A stretch of DNA of 64,000 nt from Patescibacteria group bacterium (GCA_041649475.1 JBAZNA010000001.1:197022-261021), one strand, 5' to 3'. Positions 35,393 to 45,209 are shown, counted from the first letter of the stretch. Made by a program: numbers and translations. Notes: generated by a model from the sequence alone, not told the origin.

Positions 35393-36712
35393 ATGTTACA
35401 GGAGGGGTTAAAGAAAATTGCTGATTCCAAAAGCAAAATGTTTTTTATATTTTGCCTTTGTTTTATTATTGGGGTTGGTATTTTTACTTTTGACGTAAAG
35501 CCGCCCGACTCGCCCAAAAATATAAATTATTATAACGGCAGTCAAATGGAACTCACTGGCTATGTTTCCAGTGAACCGAATATTGGCCTAAGTAATACGC
35601 AATATATTTTAAAGACAAAAACAGGAAAAGTTCTGTTATCCGCGCCTCTTTACCCGCAGTATAATTACGGGGATGAATTGCAAGTAAAATGTATTTTGCA
35701 AGACACCAAAACATATTTGATCGCGCAAGGGGTGTGGTCAATATGCAATAGGCCAAAAATTTTATCAGTTTCAACCGGCACCGGCGGTTCAATTTTAATG
35801 AAAAAGATATTATGGTTTAAAGCAAAAATAAATAAGCAGTTAAATCAGTTGTGGCCCGAACCAGACAGCAGTTTTATGGCCGGATTATTATATGGCAGTA
35901 AAAGCGGCCTGCCTAAAGAACTTTCCGATAATTTTAGCCGCACCGGTGTGACTCACATTATCGCCGTGTCAGGGTTTAATATCAGTATTATTGTCAGTTT
36001 CCTGATGTCTATTTTGATTTTGATTGGATTATACAGACAGCAGGCCTTTTGGGTGGCCGTTTTTGGAATAATTTTATTTGTGATTTTTACCGGCGCCTCG
36101 GCTTCGGTGGTGCGGGCGGCAATTATGGGGATAATTGTTTTATTGAGCCAATATTTGGGCCGGCCGGCGCAGATAGGTAACACGTTGGTATTTACCGCCG
36201 CGCTCATGTCCGCCTTAAACCCTTATGTTTTGATTTGGGATGCCGGTTTTCAGTTGTCATTTTTAGCCACATTGGGTTTGATCTACTTATCGCCGATAGT
36301 TAATTCATATCTGACAAGATTAAAAATTCCTGAATTTATTCTGGAGAATCTCTCCACCACTTTGGCGGCCATTATTGCTACCCTGCCTTTGATTTTGTTT
36401 CAGTTCGGCCGGTTATCCATAGTGGCTCCGCTGGTAAATATCTTAATTTTATGGATAATACCCTGGCTGATGCTTTTTGGGTTTGTTTCTTTGGTCATAA
36501 GTTTTGTGGTTTTTCCTTTAGGACAGGTGGCGGCGTGGATAGCCGGATTGGGGTTGAATTATGTTATAATGGTAGTTAATTGGTTTGGCAATCAATCGTG
36601 GTCGGCCATTGATATACAAATTCCGTTTTGGGCCATGGTTTTGCTCTACATTTTAATTATTTATATTTATGTCAAAAAAAATAAAAGTGCTGTCGTCCGC
36701 AGAGGGGTATAA
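35393..36712 (+). CDS. comEC: ComEC/Rec2 DNA-uptake channel (OB/DUF4131 plus competence domain only)
   Basis: Polytopic membrane protein with GVTHIIAVSGFNISII and ASASVVRAAIMG, the competence-domain signatures. It has no MBL domain. Confidence 0.8.
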   Translation: MLQEGLKKIADSKSKMFFIFCLCFIIGVGIFTFDVKPPDSPKNINYYNGSQMELTGYVSSEPNIGLSNTQYILKTKTGKVLLSAPLYPQYNYGDELQVKCILQDTKTYLIAQGVWSICNRPKILSVSTGTGGSILMKKILWFKAKINKQLNQLWPEPDSSFMAGLLYGSKSGLPKELSDNFSRTGVTHIIAVSGFNISIIVSFLMSILILIGLYRQQAFWVAVFGIILFVIFTGASASVVRAAIMGIIVLLSQYLGRPAQIGNTLVFTAALMSALNPYVLIWDAGFQLSFLATLGLIYLSPIVNSYLTRLKIPEFILENLSTTLAAIIATLPLILFQFGRLSIVAPLVNILILWIIPWLMLFGFVSLVISFVVFPLGQVAAWIAGLGLNYVIMVVNWFGNQSWSAIDIQIPFWAMVLLYILIIYIYVKKNKSAVVRRGV

Positions 36713-37280
36713 TTTAGCAGCCGATTATTACGATGAAAAGGAAAAATATTTAAACAGTTTTGAACAAGGCAAAATTTTGCCGATGCTTGGCGATGTGACC
36801 AATAAAAAGGTCTTGGATGTCGGCGCCGGCACCGGCCGCTTGGCGGTTTACCTGGCCAATAGGGGAGCCGAGGTCACGGCTTTAGATATTTCCGGAAAGA
36901 TGCTGGAAATGATTAAACGCAAACATAAAAAAATAGTCACCAAAATCGGGGATGCGGAAAATTTGCCGTTTAAAGATAGTTCCTTTGATATCGCGGTGGC
37001 GGCCTTTTTAATTGTGCATTTAAAAGATCCGAGGAGATTTTTTGATGAGGTCTATCGGGTTTTAAAAGATGACGGTATTTTTGTTGTCACCAATATCAAC
37101 CAGACAGACCCGCCCCTGGTTAAGACCAAGCAGGGAGAAATTATAATAGAATCCTTTTATCACCGGCCGGAAAAAATCAGGGAAATTCTGGAATCGCTGG
37201 CATTTAAGATAGAAAAGGAAACTTTTATAACACAAGGGGATGATGTTTGGATAAACCAAATTATAGTAGCAAGGAAATAG
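36669..37280 (+). CDS. class I SAM-dependent methyltransferase
   Basis: VLDVGAGTGRLAVYLA (motif I) and a methyltransferase-11-like layout. It overlaps the ComEC 3' end by 44 nt. Confidence 0.8.
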   Translation: MSKKIKVLSSAEGYNLAADYYDEKEKYLNSFEQGKILPMLGDVTNKKVLDVGAGTGRLAVYLANRGAEVTALDISGKMLEMIKRKHKKIVTKIGDAENLPFKDSSFDIAVAAFLIVHLKDPRRFFDEVYRVLKDDGIFVVTNINQTDPPLVKTKQGEIIIESFYHRPEKIREILESLAFKIEKETFITQGDDVWINQIIVARK

Positions 37281-37296
37281 TTTACTTCATTGGCTT

Positions 37297-38148
37297 ATGA
37301 CAAAAAGGAGGGTTATTTTGTTTTTGTTTGTTATCCTGATAATGATTTTGGTCTTGTTTTTTTATATAAAACTTTCCCGATCCAATCCAAAATTCAGCGT
37401 CACTTTTTTCAACATCGGCCAAGGCGACGCGGCTTTGATTAAATTTAATAACGGTCAAAAAATGTTGGTTGATTGCGGTCCGGACAGAAAAATTTTAGCC
37501 AAACTCGGTGCGGTTCTGCCGTTTTATGACAAAACCATAGATTTTTTATTAATTTCTCATCCGGATGCCGACCATTACGGGGGTTGTGCTGATGTTTTGG
37601 ACAGATATGATGTTAAAAAAATTATTACCAATAGCACAAAAAAAGAAACGGACCCTTATTGGCGATATTTTGACCAAAAAGAAAAACAGGAGGGAGCAAA
37701 GATAAAAATTATGACCGGGCCGGAAGAATGGGTGATTGGTAGTTCAACTTTGGGGTTTTTAAATCCGGACAGCTCGCTCGCTTTGTCTGCCAAGGATGCA
37801 GAAGGGAACAATGCTTCAATTGTTTTTCGCCTGATTAATGACAATGAAAAATTTTTATTTACCGGCGATATGGAGGTTCCGCTTGAAGACGCGCTTGAAC
37901 AAAAGTATTGTTCATCAACCCCGCGTGATTGTCCAGCGCTTAAAGCCGATATTTTAAAAGTCGGCCATCATGGCAGTGATAGTTCTACCGGCCAGAAACT
38001 GCTAAGCGCCACAAATCCCAGAGAAACTATTGTGTCGGTTGGTCAGAACACCTTTGGCCATCCGTCTTTTCGGGTATTAAAAAAGCTGGAACGGGCCAAA
38101 ATAAAGGTGTTGCGCACTGACGAGATTGGTGATATATTTAAGTACTAG
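37297..38148 (+). CDS. membrane-anchored MBL-fold hydrolase (ComEC C-terminal-domain-like)
   Basis: N-terminal TM helix, GQGDAALIKF, HPDADHYGG and GHHGS. Confidence 0.75.
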   Translation: MTKRRVILFLFVILIMILVLFFYIKLSRSNPKFSVTFFNIGQGDAALIKFNNGQKMLVDCGPDRKILAKLGAVLPFYDKTIDFLLISHPDADHYGGCADVLDRYDVKKIITNSTKKETDPYWRYFDQKEKQEGAKIKIMTGPEEWVIGSSTLGFLNPDSSLALSAKDAEGNNASIVFRLINDNEKFLFTGDMEVPLEDALEQKYCSSTPRDCPALKADILKVGHHGSDSSTGQKLLSATNPRETIVSVGQNTFGHPSFRVLKKLERAKIKVLRTDEIGDIFKY

Positions 38149-38154
38149 AGGTAT

Positions 38155-38796
38155 ATGAAAATTAAAAATGTCATTTGTATAATTTTTGTATCCACGTTGG
38201 TTTTTTTACCCAGTCGGCTTGTTTTTGCCGCCAGCACCTCAACTACACCGGTAACGGTTGATTTTGACAATGATGGTTTGGCAGATACCTTGGAGGTTGC
38301 CTTAGGTACTGATCTGCAAAATCCTGATACCGACAGTGATGGCTTTAAAGATGGTAATGAGGTATATAACGGGTTTAATCCTTTGGTGGGTAATAAAGAC
38401 CGGAGCATGCCGCGCAAAGTTGAAGTTGATTTGTCAAAACAGCAGTTGTATTATTATTTGAATGACGTCAAAATTGGTTCAATGCCGGTTTCTACGGGCT
38501 TGCCAAGAATGCCCACGCCAGTCGGAGATTTTAAGGTAATGCGCAAAGTAATGATTATAGATTATATTGGTCCGGGTTATAATCTGCCCAATACCAAGTG
38601 GAATATGGAATTTAAGAGGCATTTTTTCTTGCATGGCGCTTATTGGCATAATCAGTTTGGCATCAGGCCGATGAGCCATGGCTGTGTGAATATTGCCTAT
38701 AAAAATGCCCAAAAACTTTATGCTTTTGTAGATGCTGGCGATGCAGTTAAGATATATGGAAAAACACCCTTAGCAAGCGTTGCTTTAGCAAAATAG
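38155..38796 (+). CDS. L,D-transpeptidase (YkuD) with thrombospondin-type-3-like Asp repeats
   Basis: Signal peptide, DFDNDGLADTLE...NPDTDSDGFKDGNE, and the catalytic SHGCVNI. Confidence 0.85.
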   Translation: MKIKNVICIIFVSTLVFLPSRLVFAASTSTTPVTVDFDNDGLADTLEVALGTDLQNPDTDSDGFKDGNEVYNGFNPLVGNKDRSMPRKVEVDLSKQQLYYYLNDVKIGSMPVSTGLPRMPTPVGDFKVMRKVMIIDYIGPGYNLPNTKWNMEFKRHFFLHGAYWHNQFGIRPMSHGCVNIAYKNAQKLYAFVDAGDAVKIYGKTPLASVALAK

Positions 38797-38842
38797 TTCC
38801 TTTTATGGTATAATATAGACGTTCTAAAATCGCATTTTCTCT

Positions 38843-39991
38843 ATGATCACTCACAGAGTAACAACTAAAGTGGCGCCGGAGCCGCCGGTACGTTTTTATC
38901 GCACCATTGCCATTTCTTTTTTAGTTATCACCCTCGCTCTTTTAGGAATTATTATTTTTTTTACCTCTAAAAGCGCCACGGTGGTGATTGTGGCTAAAAA
39001 TGACAACAAGAATATCAGTTTAAATGTTGATATCGGTTCAGATAATAGCAGCTTGTCTATTCCCGGTATTGTCACAACTACGGTTTTTTCCTGGAGTGAA
39101 AAATATTTTCCAACCGGCAGTGACGTGTCAGATGGCGTGGCCACGGGTAAAGCCATAATATACAATGAATCAAATATTTCTCAAACACTGGTAAAGACCA
39201 CCCGCCTCTTGACTTCTGCCGGCGTATTATTTAGATTATCAGAACGCGTTCTGGTTCCCGCGGGCGGCTCCGTGACAGCTGATGTTTATGCTGATCAAGC
39301 CGGCGCCAGCGGCGATATCGGGCCGAGCACCTTTACCGTTCCGGGTTTATCCGCGGACAGGCAGAAGTCAATTTATGCCAAGAGTACTTCAGCCATGAGC
39401 GGCGGAGTGAAGAAAGTTGGGATTCTAACCGATAATGATTTAAAAACAGCTGCCAAGGATTATGATGATAAAGTTGCCAAGGCGGTTAGCGAAGCCCTGG
39501 GGAACAGTCCGTATAATGCTTATGACGCAAAATTGGTCTCGGTAATTGATAAAAATGTTAAAGCCGATCATAAGGCCGGCGACGAAGTAAGTGAATTTAC
39601 TTTGTCCGGCACCAGTAGTGTGGCAGTGGTTTATTACAACAGAACATCTTTGCAAACGCTGGTGGAAAAATCCATCAAGGATAAAATTGATGTCACGACC
39701 GAGAGAATCCTGTCGGCCAGCAAAGATCCACAGGTCTCATTGGTTGATTACGACGTCAAAAAGAATGTCGCCCGGTTTTCCGTGTATCAGGATGTTTTAG
39801 TCACTTTGGATGCCAATGCCGATCGTCTGTCAGTCAGTAATTTTTTTGGAAAAAATAAAGATGATATTGAGAGATATGTTTTGAGTTTACCGCACGTGGT
39901 AGGGGTGGACGCGCAATTTTCACCGTCTTGGATGGGCAGCGCGCCGAGCGTGTCGGATAAGATAAAGGTGGTTGTAAAGAGCGTACAGTAG
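38843..39991 (+). CDS. membrane-anchored hypothetical protein
   Basis: 382 aa with one TM helix near the N-terminus and then a beta-rich extracytoplasmic region. No secure family call. Confidence 0.5.
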   Translation: MITHRVTTKVAPEPPVRFYRTIAISFLVITLALLGIIIFFTSKSATVVIVAKNDNKNISLNVDIGSDNSSLSIPGIVTTTVFSWSEKYFPTGSDVSDGVATGKAIIYNESNISQTLVKTTRLLTSAGVLFRLSERVLVPAGGSVTADVYADQAGASGDIGPSTFTVPGLSADRQKSIYAKSTSAMSGGVKKVGILTDNDLKTAAKDYDDKVAKAVSEALGNSPYNAYDAKLVSVIDKNVKADHKAGDEVSEFTLSGTSSVAVVYYNRTSLQTLVEKSIKDKIDVTTERILSASKDPQVSLVDYDVKKNVARFSVYQDVLVTLDANADRLSVSNFFGKNKDDIERYVLSLPHVVGVDAQFSPSWMGSAPSVSDKIKVVVKSVQ

Positions 39992-40004
39992 TTTGATTAA
40001 TTAT

Positions 40005-41795
40005 ATGAATAATGAAAAATTGGAAATCATGAGGCATAGCTGCGCTCATTTGGTGGCGGCGGCTGTTTATGAGCTTTATCCGGACGCAAAGTTCGGCGTC
40101 GGGCCGGTGGTGGAAAACGGCTTTTATTATGATATAGATTTTAAGAAGCCAATCGGTGAAGCTGATTTGGAAAAGATTGAAGCCAAAGCCGGGGAATTGG
40201 CCAAAAAAGATCTAAAATTTGAACGCCAGGAGATGTCTCTTGATGAAGCGATTAAATTTTTCAAAAAAGAAAAACAGGATTATAAGGTTGAGCTTTTGCA
40301 GGATTTAAAAAAGCACGGCACCACCAACCTGAAAGACGTTGAAGAAATGAAAGATATGGATGTAAAAAATGTTTCTTTGTATAAAACTGGGGAGTTTGTT
40401 GATTTGTGCCGCGGACCGCACATCAAGTCCAGCAAGGAAATCGGCGCATTTAAAATCACCAAATTGGCCGGGGCTTATTGGCGCGGTAAAAATGAAAATC
40501 CGCAACTACAAAGAATTTACGGCGTTTGTTTTGCCAAAACATCCGAGCTTGAAGAGTATTTACACATGATGGAGGAGGCGGAGAAAAGAGATCACAGAAA
40601 GATTGGTCAGGAACAGAAATTATTTTTTATTGATGATTTAGTCGGCAAGGGCTTGATCATGTGGCAGCCGAATGGAACAATTATTAGAAATGAAATTGAA
40701 AAATTGGCGGTGGAAGAGGAAAACAAAGGCGGATACGTGCGCGTGGTGACTCCGCACATGGCCAAAGAGGAATTGTATTTAACTTCCAAACACTTGCCAT
40801 ATTACAAAGACAGCATGTATCCGGCCATGACAATGGATGACGGTGTGTATTATTTAAGAGGTATGAATTGTCCGCATCACCATTTGATTTACCGGCACGA
40901 AATGCGCAGCTATAGGGACTTGCCAATCAGAATTGCCGAGTATGGTACTGTTTATAGGAATGAATTGTCCGGAACTCTGGCTGGACTGCTTCGGGTGCGC
41001 GGATTGGCCATGAACGATGCTCATATTTATTGCCGCAAGGATCAAATCAAATCCGAATTTAAAGCCGTGATGGAGCTGACAATGAAATATTTTGACATTT
41101 TTGGGATGAATGACTATTGGTTCAGATTATCAAAATGGAGTCCAAAACATTTGGAAAAATATATCAATGAGCCGGCCAATTGGGAATATGCTCAAAATAT
41201 AATCAGGGAGGTCTTGGATGAAATGAAAGTTAAGTATGTTGAAATAGACGACGAAGCGGCATTTTATGGCCCGAAGGTGGATGTTCAATTAAAATCGGTA
41301 ATTGGCAGGGAAGAAACCATGTCAACCATTCAGCTGGATTTTGTTGCTAAGCAGAGATTTGGCTTGGCCTATACGGACGAGACCGGTAAAGAGAATAATG
41401 AGGTCTTTGTGATTCATCGCGCTCCACTTTCCACTCATGAAAGATTCATGGCGTTTTTAATAGAGCACTATGCCGGCAGTTGGCCGGTTTGGCTGTCTCC
41501 GGTTCAGGTTTTGCTGGCGCCGGTTTCAGAAAAACATGTTGACGGTGCAAAAAAGTTGGCCAAAGAATTGTTTGAAGTCGGAATTCGCGTAGAAATTGAT
41601 GATGCCAATGAAACGATTGGCAATAAAGTGCGCAAGGCCGTGGAACGGAAGATCCCATATATTGTGGTGGTGGGTGATAAAGAGTTGGGCGGGGAGGATT
41701 GGATGATTAGAGTGAGAGGACAGAAGGAGCAAGTGAAGATGTCAAAGGATGAATTTGTTAAAAAAGTAGCTGATGAAATAAGTAAAAGAAAGTAG
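40005..41795 (+). CDS. thrS: threonine--tRNA ligase (no TGS domain)
   Basis: It starts MNNEKLEIMRHSCAHL (N2 editing domain HxxxH). Class II motifs and the anticodon-binding domain are present. The track ORF begins 12 nt earlier at a TTG. Confidence 0.93.
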   Translation: MNNEKLEIMRHSCAHLVAAAVYELYPDAKFGVGPVVENGFYYDIDFKKPIGEADLEKIEAKAGELAKKDLKFERQEMSLDEAIKFFKKEKQDYKVELLQDLKKHGTTNLKDVEEMKDMDVKNVSLYKTGEFVDLCRGPHIKSSKEIGAFKITKLAGAYWRGKNENPQLQRIYGVCFAKTSELEEYLHMMEEAEKRDHRKIGQEQKLFFIDDLVGKGLIMWQPNGTIIRNEIEKLAVEEENKGGYVRVVTPHMAKEELYLTSKHLPYYKDSMYPAMTMDDGVYYLRGMNCPHHHLIYRHEMRSYRDLPIRIAEYGTVYRNELSGTLAGLLRVRGLAMNDAHIYCRKDQIKSEFKAVMELTMKYFDIFGMNDYWFRLSKWSPKHLEKYINEPANWEYAQNIIREVLDEMKVKYVEIDDEAAFYGPKVDVQLKSVIGREETMSTIQLDFVAKQRFGLAYTDETGKENNEVFVIHRAPLSTHERFMAFLIEHYAGSWPVWLSPVQVLLAPVSEKHVDGAKKLAKELFEVGIRVEIDDANETIGNKVRKAVERKIPYIVVVGDKELGGEDWMIRVRGQKEQVKMSKDEFVKKVADEISKRK

Positions 41796-41815
41796 CTTTT
41801 AATAAAAAGAAAAAA

Positions 41816-41839
41816 GCACCCATTACCGGGTGTTTTTTT
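41816..41839 (+). terminator. intrinsic terminator after thrS
   Basis: gcaccc-attacc-gggtgt followed by ttttttt. Confidence 0.65.
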
Positions 41840-41855
41840 ATCCCCAGGTTTACCC

Positions 41856-41884
41856 TTGACCAATTGTCTTTTTTATGCTAAAGT
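41856..41884 (+). promoter_or_regulatory. promoter of GC-rich gene 6 (TTGACC-N17-TAAAGT)
   Basis: ttgacc aattgtcttttttatgc taaagt. The 5' UTR contains the hairpin cctgcc-agagaaa-ggcagg. Confidence 0.55.
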
Positions 41885-41931
41885 ATGTGGTTCCTGCCAG
41901 AGAAAGGCAGGTCAGAAAGGAGGCCTCTCGG

Positions 41932-42312
41932 ATGACACGGGTCATGAGTTTGATGGCTTTCTACGCGACTTATCGTCTCTTAAAGGTCGCGTACCGTGCG
42001 ACCGAGAGACAGCTTAGGCTATTCTTCGTCCCCAAGCCGGGGTGCGAGGGGGCCTACGAGGTGGATGAGCAAATCTTCGCCAAGGTTCGGACGCTCATCG
42101 TCAATTCCAGGTCGTTTCAGACCGAAATCTACCCGCTGAACGCCAGTGACGTGGGGGAAGATTTCCGCCTTGGCGACCAGGATTTCACCGGCTCGGTGAT
42201 GGTCTGGCTGAAGGAAGTAGATCCTTTAGACGCACTGTTTACCGACAGAATCAAGGAGGTTGTGTTCGGAGAGGAGAAAGAGTATCGCTTTCAGTGCGGT
42301 TCCCGCAACTAG
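41932..42312 (+). CDS. GC-rich orphan protein 6 (126 aa, no recognised domain)
   Basis: AAGGAGG lies 8 nt before the ATG at 41932 (MTRVMSLMAFY...). The earlier track start lies inside the promoter. Confidence 0.6.
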   Translation: MTRVMSLMAFYATYRLLKVAYRATERQLRLFFVPKPGCEGAYEVDEQIFAKVRTLIVNSRSFQTEIYPLNASDVGEDFRLGDQDFTGSVMVWLKEVDPLDALFTDRIKEVVFGEEKEYRFQCGSRN

Positions 42313-42406
42313 CATCTGGGCGCTCATCTTCACTCCTCTCCGGGCGCCTTTACTACTTGGACTCGGATTGGTATAATATATTTACTAAAATTTAATTTTA
42401 TATCAT

Positions 42407-42973
42407 ATGTTAAGCGAAGCATCAGCAAGAGCGGCAAAAGCCAGACAATTTCGCGCTAAAAATGCTGAAGTAACCGTACCTCATAGAGAGGCCGCCAGAA
42501 AACTTAAAGCCCAGATGAAGGAAGAAAAACAGGCAACAGCAAGAAATATGGTTCGTGAGGAAATTGAAACTTTGGCTGACAAATTGGAGGCGGAAGGAGA
42601 TAAAGCAATAAATGGAGTTTTAGGCACCATAATTGAAAATGGCGATGTTGATGATTTGGATGTTTTAAAAATGTTAGACGGTTTCTGTTATCTGAAAAGA
42701 ACAGAATTAGAACATGACAAAGTTGATAGAAGTATTTTGATGAGAGATGATACCTTGAGGGCGCAGGTGAAAAAAGCTTTAGAAAATTATAGCACCGGTG
42801 TTAAAAACCAAAAGAAAATTTTTGACGCCAGTGCGGGATTTGAAACCGGAAAGGAATACGCGCTTAAAGAAGGTGAAGACGCCATCAATGAACTTATGAG
42901 CCGGGCCCGTCAAAATATTGACGGTTTGATAACCGACAGAATCAACGAGATGGCTAACGAAGGAAAAAATTAA
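42407..42973 (+). CDS. hypothetical helical protein
   Basis: 188 aa, charged and helical. The extended -10 TGgTATAAT is at 42369..42377. The stop overlaps the miaB start (TAATG). Confidence 0.5.
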   Translation: MLSEASARAAKARQFRAKNAEVTVPHREAARKLKAQMKEEKQATARNMVREEIETLADKLEAEGDKAINGVLGTIIENGDVDDLDVLKMLDGFCYLKRTELEHDKVDRSILMRDDTLRAQVKKALENYSTGVKNQKKIFDASAGFETGKEYALKEGEDAINELMSRARQNIDGLITDRINEMANEGKN

Positions 42974-44259
42974 TGTCCGGTTTTTATCACATCACAACCT
43001 TCGGCTGTCAGATGAATAAAAATGACTCCGAGCGTCTTTCGGCTCTGTTAAATTCCCTTGGTTTACAAAACACAATTCGGCCGGAACAGGCCGATTTGTT
43101 GTTTATAAATACCTGCAGTGTCCGCCAGCATGCGGAAGACAGGGTGTTTGGCTTGGTGAGGGAATGGCAAAAATTACGGTCGGCCAAACCGAATTTGATT
43201 ATCGGCGTTACCGGCTGTATGCCGGGCAGAGACAAGGACGGAAAGCTGAAAGAAAAAATTCCGGGAGCGGATTTATTTTTTGGCATTGAAGAAATGGTGA
43301 TGTTGCCGAAATGGATCAGGGGATTAAATCCGGATTTGATTGCGCCAGCCAAGGGTTTAAGCGACTATCTTTTGATTAATCCGGTGAGAGAAAATAAAGC
43401 CAAGGCGTTTATTACGATTGCTACCGGCTGTAATAATTTTTGTACCTATTGCGTAGTGCCTTATGCGCGTGGCCGGGAAAAGAACAGGCCGGCTAAAGAT
43501 ATTTTAAATGAGATTAAGACCGCGGCTGTGGATGGCTGTAAAGAGGTAACTCTGCTGGGTCAGACCGTAAATAATTATAAAGATGGAGATTATGACTTTG
43601 TTGATTTGCTGGAGGATGTGAATAAAATTAGCGGGATTGAACGAATAAATTGGACGGCTCCGGATCCGCAGTATTTTAACGATCGTCAGATTGAGGCCTT
43701 AAAATTGCCCAAGCAAATGAATTATTTGCATTTACCAGCGCAAAGCGGGGATAATGAGATTTTAAGAAAAATGAATCGCAAATATACGCGTGAAGATTAT
43801 ATTAATTTGGTGAAAAAAATTCGCGCCGCTCGGCCGGAAATCGCTTTGGGCACTGATTTGATCGTTGGCTTTTGCGGAGAAACCGAAGAACAATTCCAAA
43901 ACACTTTGGATTTATATAAACAATGCGATTTTGATATTTCCTATCACGCCATGTATAGTTCAAGAAGCGGAACAGCCGCGGCCAAGGCGTTTAAAGATGA
44001 TGTGCTCCAGGAAGAAAAAAAGCGCCGTTGGCGCGCGGTTCAGGATTTGATGGAAGAAATTGTTTATCGGAAAAATCAAAAATATTTAAATCAGACAGTT
44101 TCGGTTTTGGTTGATTCGTGCGAAGAGGGGGTATGTAGCGGAAATTCCAGCGAGATGAAACTGGTTCAGTTTCCGGGCAATGAAGATTTAATTGGCCAGA
44201 TTATTGATGTTAAAATCACCAGGCCGGAGATGTGGGTGTTGAGAGGAGTGCTAGTTTAA
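42973..44259 (+). CDS. miaB: tRNA (i6A37) methylthiotransferase, radical SAM
   Basis: UPF0004 N-domain Cys residues, the radical-SAM motif CNNFCTYCVVP and a TRAM C-terminus. Confidence 0.9.
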   Translation: MSGFYHITTFGCQMNKNDSERLSALLNSLGLQNTIRPEQADLLFINTCSVRQHAEDRVFGLVREWQKLRSAKPNLIIGVTGCMPGRDKDGKLKEKIPGADLFFGIEEMVMLPKWIRGLNPDLIAPAKGLSDYLLINPVRENKAKAFITIATGCNNFCTYCVVPYARGREKNRPAKDILNEIKTAAVDGCKEVTLLGQTVNNYKDGDYDFVDLLEDVNKISGIERINWTAPDPQYFNDRQIEALKLPKQMNYLHLPAQSGDNEILRKMNRKYTREDYINLVKKIRAARPEIALGTDLIVGFCGETEEQFQNTLDLYKQCDFDISYHAMYSSRSGTAAAKAFKDDVLQEEKKRRWRAVQDLMEEIVYRKNQKYLNQTVSVLVDSCEEGVCSGNSSEMKLVQFPGNEDLIGQIIDVKITRPEMWVLRGVLV

Positions 44260-44286
44260 TTAGAATATTATTTGGTAGAGGGTACA

Positions 44287-45174
44287 CTAAAGTTTGATAC
44301 TTTTGAGAGATATTTTTAAATATAAATTTGAAGTCTTGTTTATTAAGAATTTTAATGTTTTGGGCAATACCCTGTCTAATAATGCAAGAAACGAGATAGT
44401 ATATATTAAGGTTAAAAAATTATTTTTAAGTATCGTGATTATAAAATTTGGTTTATAATCCATCTTCCAGAATATTATATAAAGAATAAAATGTAATATG
44501 CAGAAGAATGCTATTGGCCAGAATGGAGCTTTAAAACCAAGTAGATCCCATTTTTCTGGCTCACCGAATTGGTTATTACTTTCGGGCGAGTTATAAATTT
44601 TATCATTCTTCATAATCCTTGACCAAATATCAGTGAATTTGGTTCCAGATATTATAAGTAGTAACCATTGAAAGCAGTCAGATATAAATTTTATAATATC
44701 GGTTATAATTACCCTCCAAAATAATAATTTTAACCTAAGTTTAAAACCCTTTAGTGGCATGGTTGGTTTTGTATGAAGCAAGTATAGCTCGTCGAGTAAC
44801 ATATTTGCTGTTATTTCTTTATTTTTTTTATAAAATTTGTTCAAGATAACATCATAAAAATACTCATCATTTGAAGTAAAATCTATCGGGCCAGTAACTT
44901 TTTTTATTTTATCTTGGTTACTCAATGATATGTAAGATCCTTTGTCATCTTCTTTAAGTTTTCCATAGCTAACCCTTATGGATAGGGGTTTAATGTTGCC
45001 ATCCTTCAGTACATTTTCATTACTGATGTAAATATAGAATATTGATCCCCAATCGTCTGAACCCATTTTTCTAATTATACTAAAGCCAAATTTGCAATCT
45101 TTTAAAGGAGTGAGATTCAAAAATAATCCATTAGTTCCTATATTAAAATCTTTTATGAAATCTTGATTTTCCAT
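44287..45174 (-). CDS. very AT-rich orphan membrane protein (295 aa)
   Basis: Hand count gives 12/60 G+C in the first 60 nt. It has a soluble N-terminal half and then 3-4 predicted TM helices. No motif recognised. Confidence 0.55.
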   Translation of the reverse strand: MENQDFIKDFNIGTNGLFLNLTPLKDCKFGFSIIRKMGSDDWGSIFYIYISNENVLKDGNIKPLSIRVSYGKLKEDDKGSYISLSNQDKIKKVTGPIDFTSNDEYFYDVILNKFYKKNKEITANMLLDELYLLHTKPTMPLKGFKLRLKLLFWRVIITDIIKFISDCFQWLLLIISGTKFTDIWSRIMKNDKIYNSPESNNQFGEPEKWDLLGFKAPFWPIAFFCILHFILYIIFWKMDYKPNFIITILKNNFLTLIYTISFLALLDRVLPKTLKFLINKTSNLYLKISLKSIKL

Positions 45175-45209
45175 ATATAAATTTTATGTTAATAAATTGT
45201 AATCAATTT

